Positions 26,693-34,986 of a DNA stretch of 43,914 bases are shown in pieces. Origin of the DNA: Candidatus Staskawiczbacteria bacterium (GTDB taxonomy: Bacteria; Patescibacteriota; Minisyncoccia; Minisyncoccales; Staskawiczbacteraceae); contig JAHFKU010000003.1 in NCBI GenBank assembly GCA_023245195.1, forward strand, positions 1-43,914, in the 5' to 3' direction. A model generated the notes under the pieces. It was given only the letters and a program-made list of their open reading frames with translations, was not told where the DNA came from and did no database searches. Position 1 is the first letter of the stretch, and each line of letters opens with the position of its first letter. A program made the translations under genes and the position numbers.

Positions 26693-27351
26693 AACAAAAT
26701 ACTGCTAAGCTTTTTTTTAATACTTTGCCAAAAGATGCTGTCTTAGCGTTAAAAAAGTGTTCACAGATGGATTTTCTTTTGCGCGATAAATGGTATTTAG
26801 CAGGAGGCACCGCATTGGCTCTGCAGTCTGGGCATCGCCGGTCTTACGATTTAGATTTTTTTACAGAAAACAAAACTTTTGATGAAAAGGGCGTTGAAAA
26901 AATATTATATGAGCAAGGAGAGTGGATTACCAATAACATAAGTGAAGGAACAGTATTTGGCATACTTTCAAAAACAAAAATGAGTTTTATTGCTTATCCC
27001 TTTTTTACGCCAGCTGAGAAAATATGTAAGTTTGGCACAGTTTCTTTGTTGGCTATTCCCGATATTGCTGTGATGAAAATCATAGCAATATCTCAGCGAG
27101 GCAAAAAACGGGATTTTTTTGATTTATATTGGATATGCCAAAATATAGTACCGTTGCACGAGAGTATTTTGAAAATAGATAAGCAGTACAATATACGTCA
27201 AAATCTTACCCATATTTTAAAAAGCTTGGTATATTTTGATGACGCAGAAACGGATCCGGAACCCGAAATTTATTTTAAAGCAACCTGGAAAGAGGTTAAA
27301 AAGTTTTTTATTAAAGAAATTCCGCAAATTGCAAAAAAAATAATAAAGTAA
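26671..27351 (+). CDS. AbiEii/AbiGii-family nucleotidyltransferase toxin
   Basis: YLAGGTALALQSGHRRSYDLDFF, MKIIAISQRGKKRDFFDLY, KSLVYFDDAE. Confidence 0.92.
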   Translation: MVSDFEIKQNTAKLFFNTLPKDAVLALKKCSQMDFLLRDKWYLAGGTALALQSGHRRSYDLDFFTENKTFDEKGVEKILYEQGEWITNNISEGTVFGILSKTKMSFIAYPFFTPAEKICKFGTVSLLAIPDIAVMKIIAISQRGKKRDFFDLYWICQNIVPLHESILKIDKQYNIRQNLTHILKSLVYFDDAETDPEPEIYFKATWKEVKKFFIKEIPQIAKKIIK

Positions 27352-27372
27352 GTGTTTTGCTTGTGAATTCAA

Positions 27373-27411
27373 CCACGAAAAAATCGCTTCAAAAAAGCGA
27401 TTTTTTTGTGG
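27373..27411 (+). terminator. Rho-independent terminator
   Basis: aaaaaatcgctt-caaaa-aagcgattttttt. Confidence 0.65.
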
Positions 27412-27432
27412 AGTAGCACATTTTAATTTATG

Positions 27433-27464
27433 CTCTACGGCGGCCCCGCGGGGCCGCCGTAGAG
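27433..27464. repeat. 32-bp perfect GC palindrome centred on CCCG|CGGG
   Basis: ctctacggcggccccg|cggggccgccgtagag. Confidence 0.92.
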
Positions 27465-27568
27465 GAATGGGTTATTAAACTGTCCACTACCGTCATTGCG
27501 CGGCAATCTCTTTTTCGCATTAGGATCATTCGGATGCGATTTGCGTATTAGGATCGCGTGGGAAAAAT

Positions 27569-27597
27569 TTGACAAGAAAACATTATCATGATAGTGT
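27569..27597 (+). promoter_or_regulatory. Probable sigma70 promoter
   Basis: TTGACA-N17-TAGTGT with TGn extension. Confidence 0.5.
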
Positions 27598-27696
27598 ATT
27601 GATAGTAACTTGGACGTTCCAAGTGGCCCTTTGACAATTTGCCTGTTAGAATCCGCTTGTTGCGGCATTAAAACGGGTATTCTAAGAGGAGTGAGG

Positions 27697-28860
27697 ATGG
27701 AGATTCTACTTACTAATGTAGAAGAAGGAACTGCAAAAGCAGTAAAAAGATTCAAGGGATTTCTGAAAATCATCATGAAGTGGGAAGGTCACAAATTAGC
27801 TGAGAGTGACGAGGTAGATGCAGCAGGCAACGTAGTTGTTGATGGGTATAAAAAGGGAGATGTTATTCCCATAAAAGATTCATCGTCTTTTTGGGGAGGA
27901 TTAAGGTATATCGGCATACCTTTTATTGATACTATTCATCATTACAAGTTTCGTTGGAGAGGAATTCAGCTTGTAAAGGGAAAAGAAGAAATCAGGTTTG
28001 AAGAAAAGATAATAAATTACATTCTTGTTAGGCCGGATGTCTATGCAACAGAAATCGAAAAAGCCGAAACCAGGCCACCGGAAAGAATTCCCTTAACTAT
28101 ACGATTTTTGGTAACTATGCGAGTTTTAAACCCTGAAAAAGCGCTCTTTAAAGCGCCTTCAAACTGGTTTGAGAACGTCATGACCAAGCTAAATGCTCTC
28201 CTTGGAGCGTGGATTAGAAACTTGACTTTGGATGACATTCTGAAGCGAGAAGATTCCAATAAAGATTTGTGGGATGGGTTTACCATTAAAAGTGAAAATG
28301 GCCACCCAGACATAAAAATTGCTGGCATCGGCAGTGATCCCTTACTGAAAATGTTCAAGGATGAATGGGGTATTCTCATAGAGCCTCACGGGATCGAAAT
28401 CAGAGACATTAGTCCTCCTGACGACATCCAAGAAGCCGCTAATGCGGAAAGAAAACAGCAGTTTGTCGCCAAAGGTTTTGCGGCAGAGACTACGGGGCGC
28501 TTAGTGGCAATGATTGCTAATCTAACGGGCGCCAAATTTGAAGTGGTTCAGAAAGAATTTCAAGACAACTTGGACGGGGCTTTGTTAAAATACAAATCAA
28601 TTATCGAAATGAATCTTGATATTATAAAAAGAAGACTGGGTTTGGGAACAGGTATCCAAGAGATTCACGTCTCAAGTCCAGAAGGATATGTTGCCATGTT
28701 GGCGAAAATTCTTCATGGAGGCTTGAGTGGCGGTTCTGGCGGAGGACAAGCTTCTGATGGAACCAGTGATAGTGGTGGAAAAAAGAAGAAGAAAAAAACA
28801 AAGTCATCTGACGACGACAATGATGACGACGATCCCGATGAGGGATGGGAAATTAAGTAA
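27697..28860 (+). CDS. SPFH/band-7-like domain protein (start likely ATG 27697)
   Basis: AGGAG/GAGG RBS; VTMRVLNPEKALF, EWGILI..IEIRDISPP..QEAA resemble SPFH; Gly/Lys/Asp low-complexity tail. Confidence 0.6.
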   Translation: MEILLTNVEEGTAKAVKRFKGFLKIIMKWEGHKLAESDEVDAAGNVVVDGYKKGDVIPIKDSSSFWGGLRYIGIPFIDTIHHYKFRWRGIQLVKGKEEIRFEEKIINYILVRPDVYATEIEKAETRPPERIPLTIRFLVTMRVLNPEKALFKAPSNWFENVMTKLNALLGAWIRNLTLDDILKREDSNKDLWDGFTIKSENGHPDIKIAGIGSDPLLKMFKDEWGILIEPHGIEIRDISPPDDIQEAANAERKQQFVAKGFAAETTGRLVAMIANLTGAKFEVVQKEFQDNLDGALLKYKSIIEMNLDIIKRRLGLGTGIQEIHVSSPEGYVAMLAKILHGGLSGGSGGGQASDGTSDSGGKKKKKKTKSSDDDNDDDDPDEGWEIK

Positions 28861-28865
28861 TAGAT

Positions 28866-28906
28866 AGAAAGGGTTAGATCTTTATAGATTTAAACCCTCT
28901 TTTTTT
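28866..28906. terminator. Terminator-like hairpin between convergent genes
   Basis: agggtt..atct..agat..aaccct followed by a T tract. Confidence 0.5.
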
Positions 28907-28912
28907 GCAAAA

Positions 28913-29596
28913 TTATTCAATCGGTTCTTTATATGGATCTGGTTTTGTTTCTTCTTCGGGTGTTTTACTATCCTCATTTTTTTTGGAGAATTTATTTTTT
29001 TCCTGTGTAGTTATATTTTTTCCTTCTTTTTCCATGTTCTCTGCATTTTTTTCTACATTCGTAATGGGTGTTATTTTAAGGTGCGCCAATTCTGAATCGT
29101 TCTTTTTTATTCCATTATAATCTTGTATTTCGCTAGGCTTTTTATTTATCGTAGATATGGGATTATTTTTGTTAGTCATTATTTTTTCTATTAATTCTTT
29201 TGTTTCACTTTCTATTTCTGATTTACCGTCTTCAATGCCAAAAACTTTTTTAGAAATTTCTTCTCTAAAAACTTTGTCATTAAATTTTTCATCGGGGTAG
29301 ATTAATAATAATGGCAAGAGTTTGTTTTTTATGTCTTCTACTATTTTCTTTATAGTATATTCGGGAGCTTTGAGATGTTTTTGCAAAAGTTCAATTAAAT
29401 TCTTCTCGGGAATTAGGCCATTTGCAATAGTAATTGTAGCGTCCCTTATAATTTTCGCTTTTGACTCCACATCCTTGTCGAGTTCATTAAAGAAATCTTC
29501 GTCACTTTCTTCGAAGCCGTTATTCTTTAAAATATCAGAAAAAACAGATTCCGCATTTTGATCGAATATTACTCTTATTTTTTTTTGTTCTTTCAT
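28913..29596 (-). CDS. Hypothetical protein with C-terminal DPYKEPIE motif
   Basis: 227-aa ORF downstream of the VirB6-like gene; no recognised domain. Confidence 0.7.
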   Translation of the reverse strand: MKEQKKIRVIFDQNAESVFSDILKNNGFEESDEDFFNELDKDVESKAKIIRDATITIANGLIPEKNLIELLQKHLKAPEYTIKKIVEDIKNKLLPLLLIYPDEKFNDKVFREEISKKVFGIEDGKSEIESETKELIEKIMTNKNNPISTINKKPSEIQDYNGIKKNDSELAHLKITPITNVEKNAENMEKEGKNITTQEKNKFSKKNEDSKTPEEETKPDPYKEPIE

Positions 29597-29609
29597 TGTT
29601 TGTGATTTA

Positions 29610-31589
29610 TTATGGTAGGTCTCTAATTTCTTTTCTTATATTTTTTAACCTATTTACTTCTGCTTTATTGCCAGCAGCTTTCGCAGCAGCAATCTGATCT
29701 TTTAATGCTTTTCTAATTGCAGGGTCTCTAAGAGCATTGATATGTGCGCGATCTGCTGTCTTGAATTTTCTTGCTATATTTGCGGTAAATGATTTACTTG
29801 TTACAAGGTCAGCTGTAATATCTTCTTTATCGATATTTCTTATTTGCTCACCAGACATGCTTGGTAGGCTTGCCTCAAGCTGTTCTTGTCTTGCTGCTGC
29901 TTTTGCTTGAGCCAATGTAAGTCTTGGATTTGTTGCTCGAATTCTATCAATAGTCTTTTTATCAAATTCCGCATAACGATAATCTGCTTCTGCAAACTTG
30001 CTAGTGTCAATACCATGCTTTTCTGCATTGTTTATAGCTTCTTGGCGCTTTGATGGATCGATCTTGCTTAGTTTCTTTCTGTCAGACAACACCTTAGTGT
30101 ATGCCGCCCTTTCAGCAGCGCTTTTTCCATTTTGTGCTCTATCTGCAATAACATCAGAATTTTTCTCAGCTTCTGCCAATTCTGTATAAGGTTTGATTTT
30201 TGCTGCTTGTCTATCCTGAAAGTTCTTATTTGCGGTTCCTGCTTTGGTTAGCCCAGCTTTTTCTCCAAATCTTCCTATGCCATATCTTATTTGACCATAT
30301 AATTCTCCAAAACTATCTTTAAATCCTTGTGCCCCAACTATGTTACCAGCGACGCCGCCAGCTGCTTTGCCCGTTGCAAGTCCAGCCTTAAGCGATCCTT
30401 TGGCAAGACCTTTTGCTGCTCCAATAGCTTTGCTATTTATCCATCTACTGGCTTTAAGCGCTCCGCTAGCCCCCATGGCCGATATCTGCATGGAAGCAAT
30501 AAATCCCATGACCAAAAACATCCCCGGTACGAGAAAAGCAAGGATTCCGCCAATGGCCTTATCGGGACCATTAAGTAATTCCCTAAATCCTGGATAAGTC
30601 CCAATGCCAGCGTGCACTTGGTTTCCGATATAAATAAACATGGCACCAATTCCTCCAATAAAACACCATTGTAAAAAGTTATTGATCCACTTGTCAAAAA
30701 TCATGCTTTTTGTTTGGGGCAAAACAACAGAGGCAAAAGCCAAAGGGGATAAAATAACTAAAATCCAAAGGGCGAAGATCCTGAATAAAAATAGAAAGGC
30801 AAAAAGAAAAGAAATGGCGCCTTTCATGGCAAAAAAGAATGTAGTGCCGGCTGCTCTTGCGATAGAATCAAGGGTGGATGGATTGCTACCTGCCTTTCCA
30901 AGCAACTCTTTGAAGGTTTCTAGTTCGTTTTTAGATATAAAATCTGCCACGGTAGTACCGCCACTTTTTTGGCCGCCATACAAAGCATATTTCATAAAAA
31001 TATTTGAAGCGTCAATAACTATTCCGCAGATTACCAAAGAAAAATTAATTAAAAGGGCGGCGATGATTAACTTGACCAGAGCCTTTTTTCTGTCTCCAAA
31101 CATTTCTAAACGCAAAATCATGGCTAGCGCTATTGCAATAAGCGAAATAACAATAACCATATTAGCTAGGCCTCTTACGATAGGCCATCCTATATTCACG
31201 GCGCCATTTTTTGTGTATTCGGTATTGCTTATTGCTAGAGTTATGACGGCGTTAAGTAGCGTTGTCCCAAGAAAAGAAAAAAATCCACTAAGACCAATAG
31301 GAATAGATAATAGGGCACTAACAACAGCATCTCCAGTTGCCCCTGCAACTTCGCTCACCTTGTCTTTTGCCGACTGACTAAGGTTGTTATATGCTTTGCT
31401 TCCTTGTTTATAGGCTCCGTAGGGAGGAACTACTATTTGGAGGCCTGCGTCAGCTATACTGGTAATAGTTTCCAATCCATAATCTGCTTTGGCGATGGTT
31501 GGAGCAACAATTCCCCCCAACATAAAAACCAAAACCACCAAAGAGATGATCTTTTTTTCTTTAAAAATATGGGATAAAAAATGGGGCAC
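29610..31589 (-). CDS. VirB6/TrbL-like polytopic membrane protein
   Basis: GWPIVRGLAN, LIIAALLINFSL..IDASN, RIFALWILVILSPLAF..LP..W; Ala/Gly-rich and helical C-terminus. Confidence 0.8.
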   Translation of the reverse strand: MPHFLSHIFKEKKIISLVVLVFMLGGIVAPTIAKADYGLETITSIADAGLQIVVPPYGAYKQGSKAYNNLSQSAKDKVSEVAGATGDAVVSALLSIPIGLSGFFSFLGTTLLNAVITLAISNTEYTKNGAVNIGWPIVRGLANMVIVISLIAIALAMILRLEMFGDRKKALVKLIIAALLINFSLVICGIVIDASNIFMKYALYGGQKSGGTTVADFISKNELETFKELLGKAGSNPSTLDSIARAAGTTFFFAMKGAISFLFAFLFLFRIFALWILVILSPLAFASVVLPQTKSMIFDKWINNFLQWCFIGGIGAMFIYIGNQVHAGIGTYPGFRELLNGPDKAIGGILAFLVPGMFLVMGFIASMQISAMGASGALKASRWINSKAIGAAKGLAKGSLKAGLATGKAAGGVAGNIVGAQGFKDSFGELYGQIRYGIGRFGEKAGLTKAGTANKNFQDRQAAKIKPYTELAEAEKNSDVIADRAQNGKSAAERAAYTKVLSDRKKLSKIDPSKRQEAINNAEKHGIDTSKFAEADYRYAEFDKKTIDRIRATNPRLTLAQAKAAARQEQLEASLPSMSGEQIRNIDKEDITADLVTSKSFTANIARKFKTADRAHINALRDPAIRKALKDQIAAAKAAGNKAEVNRLKNIRKEIRDLP

Positions 31590-31595
31590 TGGTTT

Positions 31596-31702
31596 AATTT
31601 GAAATTTACAATTTGAAATTTGAAATCAATTTGAAATGTGTAAATTTGAAATTTGAAAAATTTGAGACTGTTTCTGTCCCGCGCGCCCGCGGGCGCGGGG
31701 GA
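31596..31702. repeat. Single 7-nt-periodic arm (aatttga)n plus CCCG|CGGG palindrome
   Basis: aatttgaaatttacaatttgaaatttgaaatcaatttga...; tccc[g]cgcgcccg|cgggcgcg[g]ggga 31677-31702. Confidence 0.85.
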
Positions 31703-31797
31703 TCACACGGATTCTAAATTCAGTCATTGTACCATGTTTTGCATTTTTGGTAATAAATTTTGGCTGTTGATAACTTTTTGTTAAAAACGTGGCATAC

Positions 31798-31833
31798 AAA
31801 CAAGCGGGTTCGCTTTCGCGAACCCACTTGTTT
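31798..31833 (-). terminator. Terminator downstream of hepT
   Basis: aaacaagcgggttcgc-tttc-gcgaacccacttgttt. Confidence 0.65.
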
Positions 31834-31852
31834 AATCTTTTTAAGATTTCAT

Positions 31853-32185
31853 TTAGATAGAAATTTTCTGCAATTCCTCTTTTAATGGTGGTAGATCAAT
31901 GATAATAGTATTCCAAACTACATCTAGATTAATATCAAAATAATTATGAATAGCTTTGTCTCGGAAACCGGCAATTTCTTTCCATGGCAAATTTACCTTT
32001 TCTTTTAAGTCATCAGAAACTTTCTTCGAAACTTCTCCAATCAGAGTAAGTTGCATAATTACCGCACTTTGGACCAAAGAGTTTTTGGAGAAATTATCCT
32101 TATCAATTCCATCCACAAACGATTCAATTTTTCTGATTGAATCAAGTATTTGATCTACATATACTTTATCATTCTTTATCGTCAT
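31853..32185 (-). CDS. HepT-like (DUF86) HEPN RNase toxin
   Basis: IGEVSK, PWKEIAGFRDKAIHNYFDIN (Rx4HxY). Confidence 0.93.
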   Translation of the reverse strand: MTIKNDKVYVDQILDSIRKIESFVDGIDKDNFSKNSLVQSAVIMQLTLIGEVSKKVSDDLKEKVNLPWKEIAGFRDKAIHNYFDINLDVVWNTIIIDLPPLKEELQKISI

Positions 32186-32462
32186 ATATATTTTTTAAAT
32201 CTGGCAAAATATAAGGTTTTATAAATTTATTTACGCCACCTTCTGTTACTAAGTCAACTTTTCGTCCAAGCACTTTTTCCATTTCAGTTACTAATTCCAC
32301 AAATCCAACTAGTCCCATAGGTTTGCCAAGTCTTACCATAACATCAACATCGCTTTCTGGATTATCGTCGCCCCTAGATACAGATCCAAAAACCGCGGCA
32401 TGCTTAATGCCATAATGACGAAATATGGGAGCTAATTTAGTTTGTAAATCTTTTACGCTCAT
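32169..32462 (-). CDS. MntA-like minimal nucleotidyltransferase antitoxin
   Basis: VFGSVSRGDDNPESDVDVMV (GSx10DxD), LGRKVDLVT. Confidence 0.93.
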   Translation of the reverse strand: MSVKDLQTKLAPIFRHYGIKHAAVFGSVSRGDDNPESDVDVMVRLGKPMGLVGFVELVTEMEKVLGRKVDLVTEGGVNKFIKPYILPDLKNIYDDKE

Positions 32463-32468
32463 ATGGTA

Positions 32469-32497
32469 ATTGTAAAATAGAAATACGGAAGATGCAA
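32469..32497 (-). promoter_or_regulatory. sigma70 promoter 6 nt upstream of the MNT ATG (leaderless)
   Basis: Minus strand TTGCAT-N17-TACAAT-taccat-ATG. Confidence 0.65.
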
Positions 32498-32541
32498 GAG
32501 GGCCAACCTATACATTTTAGCCCATTTATACGGTTTCTGCA

Positions 32542-33474
32542 CTAGAGGCTGTTTGTTAAATTTATCCAATTTTGAATGGAGAGGGTTTCTGCTCTTTGAT
32601 TGGATTTTATGTCGTTTTTTGAAAGCCAGACTTCAACTTCTTTCCGGTCTTTTTTTAGAATCACCGAAAAGTTATTTGCTAGTTGTTTTCGGGGATGGGA
32701 AAACCCGGCTTTTACGATTTGAAAGAATTTTTCGACAAATGCAGGATTGTTAGATTGCCACAGCGCGACGCCCGCGGGCGCCGCGCTTCGCAATGACGAA
32801 TTAGAATATGGCGTTATTTTTATAATTGCCGAATCAACTTTTGGCGAGGGCCAGAACTTTTCTTTTCCAACATAAGAAATAATTTCTGCTTTGGCATAAA
32901 ATTGCACCGAAACTGCTAGAATGCTCATATGGGGCGGCTTTGCACAGATTCTTTGCGCCACCTCTTTTTGGACCATTAGCACCATGGATTCGGGAGGATT
33001 GCCTGACTCTAAAAACATTCTAATTAAGGGCGAGGTCAAATAATAAGGTATATTGGCTACGATTTTATATTTTTTAGGTAATTGAGTATTAGATTGCTTC
33101 GCTTTGCTCGCAATGACGATATTTTTCGTTAATTGGTCATTGGCTATTGGGATTTGGGGTTTCATTTTAAGAATATCTCCATGAATTACATTTATATTCT
33201 TAAAATGCGCAAGGGTTTCTTTTAGGATTTCTACCATATTCTTGTCCTTTTCTATAGCAAGGACAGTTTTTGCCAAAGGTGCTAATGCTTGGGTTAGGGT
33301 GCCTATGCCTGGGCCTACTTCTAAAATAGTATCTGTGGGCTTGAGATCTGCGGCTTCAACGATTTTTTTGAGAGTTGCTTGGTCTATTAAAAAATTCTGG
33401 CCCAACCCTTTTAGGGGCTTGGTACTGTGTTTAGCTAGTAATTCTTTAATGGTTTTTGGAGAAGTTAAATCCAT
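32542..33474 (-). CDS. rsmA: 16S rRNA m6,2A dimethyltransferase with repeat-derived insertions
   Basis: LGQNFL, LEVGPGIGTLT, VANIPYYLTS, MVQKEVAQR, PSPKVDSA, RAETLS. Confidence 0.97.
   Translation of the reverse strand: MDLTSPKTIKELLAKHSTKPLKGLGQNFLIDQATLKKIVEAADLKPTDTILEVGPGIGTLTQALAPLAKTVLAIEKDKNMVEILKETLAHFKNINVIHGDILKMKPQIPIANDQLTKNIVIASKAKQSNTQLPKKYKIVANIPYYLTSPLIRMFLESGNPPESMVLMVQKEVAQRICAKPPHMSILAVSVQFYAKAEIISYVGKEKFWPSPKVDSAIIKITPYSNSSLRSAAPAGVALWQSNNPAFVEKFFQIVKAGFSHPRKQLANNFSVILKKDRKEVEVWLSKNDIKSNQRAETLSIQNWINLTNSL
32752..32798. repeat. AGATTGC..GCAATGAC repeat with nested CCCG|CGGG palindrome, in-frame in rsmA
   Basis: Encodes SSLRSAAPAGVALWQSN. Confidence 0.88.
33091..33160. repeat. 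Second AGATTGC..GCAATGAC repeat plus a 4x7-nt tract, in-frame in rsmA
   Basis: 33091-33118 encodes VIASKAKQS; ttggtca ttggcta ttgggat ttggggt at 33133-33160. Confidence 0.85.
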
Positions 33475-33477
33475 AAT

Positions 33478-33578
33478 AGTTAAACTCTAAACCCAAAACT
33501 CTAAATCCTAAACAAATCCAAAATTCTAAATACCAAATCACAAACACGTTTAGATAGAGTTTAGGATTTAGAATTTCT
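33478..33578. repeat. 7-nt-periodic fold-back element upstream of rsmA
   Basis: (ctaaatc/caaaact)n versus (tttagga/tttagaa)n. Confidence 0.75.
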
Positions 33579-33611
33579 TTTTATTATGCTAATCATAGCA
33601 TAATAAAAGGC

Positions 33612-33653
33612 TGTGGATAACTGCTTGACTGACCTGCTTAAAATTGCTAAACT
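33612..33653 (+). promoter_or_regulatory. DnaA box adjacent to a sigma70 promoter of the LysM/M23 gene
   Basis: tgtggataa 33612-33620; TTGACT-N17-TAAACT with TGn. Confidence 0.6.
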
Positions 33654-33665
33654 TAAAGCAACACC

Positions 33666-34892
33666 TTGCTTACATTTTTTAATAGAAAATTCACCCGGTT
33701 AAACAGCTTTTACCTTAAGGCAAAAGCTAAAATCCAAAGGATTTTGTTTAACTGGGTAAACAGCATCTATGAAAAGGGATTCTCAAAAAACCCCTTCTTT
33801 TGTTTTTTACGGCGGAAAACAAAACTTCTCTTTGGTAAAGAGGCTCTGCGCCTGAAAAATGGCAATTTCTATTTTGGATTGATGTCAATTGTCTTGCTGG
33901 GGTCGCTGTTTATCAGTTCTGATAGCTTGGCCCAAGACACTTATGCCAACAACAGTAATGTGATCTTTTTTAATTCATTTTTCAAAAATACAGATAATTT
34001 AACCAATAACGACCTCTTTTTCAGCCAAAACAAAGAATTGGCCCTTGAAACCCCGGATTTAAAGATTATCCAAGATAATTCTATTTATGCCGTCAGCACC
34101 CCCTCTATTTTAACCACCCAGACGTTGGGAGACATTTTTGGCGGATCAGACGAACAGAGGAAAGAAATTGTAGAATACCAGGTGCAAATTGGCGATACAA
34201 TTGCCAAGCTTGCCAATGATTACAATATTACGCCCGAAACCATTGCTTCTGCCAATGGCATTTCAAAAAATGCGGCCCTTAAGGTTGGCCAAACGATTGT
34301 TATTTTACCCGTTTCCGGAGTGGTGCACATTGTAAAACCCGGAGATGTGATAAGCCAAATTGCTAAAACCTATAAAGCGAAAGCCGATGATATTGTCGCC
34401 TTTAATAATCTTGCTGGAGAGGGCGATATTTTTATTGGAGATTCTTTGATTATTCCAAATGGAGTGATGCCGGCAAAACCCGTGCCGTCTTTCATCACGG
34501 TTCCCTTGGCTGATAATTTCTTTATCTATCCTGCAGAGGGTCTTATTACCCAAGGTTTGCACTATTACAATGGCGTGGATTTGGCAAACAAAGTTGGAAC
34601 GCCTATTTATGCCGCCGCTTCTGGCGTGGTTCAAAGAGCAGTAGCTGACGGATTTTACCACGGAGGCATGGGAAACCATATTTCCATTTTACATTCCAAT
34701 GGCACGGTTACCTATTATGGCCACCTTCAGACGGTTTTTGTTAAATCCGGCGATAGAGTTGGCACGGGAGATAGAATTGGATTAATGGGCCAAACCGGCC
34801 GGGCAACTGGCCCCCATGTGCACTTTGAGGTTATTGGAGCCCAAAATCCTTTGGCCAAGTTCTTGGTTGGATCGGTGATTAAATATAAATAA
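33666..34892 (+). CDS. LysM-LysM-M23 peptidoglycan peptidase
   Basis: Two LysM repeats (YQVQIGDT.., HIVKPGD..), M23 motifs GVDLA, YYGHL, TGPHVHFEV. Start uncertain. Confidence 0.92.
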   Translation: MLTFFNRKFTRLNSFYLKAKAKIQRILFNWVNSIYEKGFSKNPFFCFLRRKTKLLFGKEALRLKNGNFYFGLMSIVLLGSLFISSDSLAQDTYANNSNVIFFNSFFKNTDNLTNNDLFFSQNKELALETPDLKIIQDNSIYAVSTPSILTTQTLGDIFGGSDEQRKEIVEYQVQIGDTIAKLANDYNITPETIASANGISKNAALKVGQTIVILPVSGVVHIVKPGDVISQIAKTYKAKADDIVAFNNLAGEGDIFIGDSLIIPNGVMPAKPVPSFITVPLADNFFIYPAEGLITQGLHYYNGVDLANKVGTPIYAAASGVVQRAVADGFYHGGMGNHISILHSNGTVTYYGHLQTVFVKSGDRVGTGDRIGLMGQTGRATGPHVHFEVIGAQNPLAKFLVGSVIKYK

Positions 34893-34903
34893 AAATTCTT
34901 GTT

Positions 34904-34940
34904 AAAAAACAGCGGCGCCCGAAGGCGCCGCTGTTTTTTT
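34904..34940. terminator. Bidirectional terminator
   Basis: aaaaaacagcggcgcc-cgaa-ggcgccgctgtttttt. Confidence 0.85.
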
Positions 34941-34986
34941 GTAATCCGCGTAAATTCAGCGTAATAATCAGCGTTGTATTAGCGGA

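Noticed and set aside
27631-27652. TTGACA..TAGAAT promoter
   Set aside because: The spacer is only 10 bp, incompatible with sigma70 geometry.
30640-31377. Long antisense ORFs (245 aa here; also 20416..21015, 39188..39715, 6038..6514 and others)
   Set aside because: Shadows on the opposite strand of well-supported genes.
17764-31589. Integrative conjugative element or prophage
   Set aside because: No integrase, relaxase, att-like direct repeats or phage structural genes in the window.
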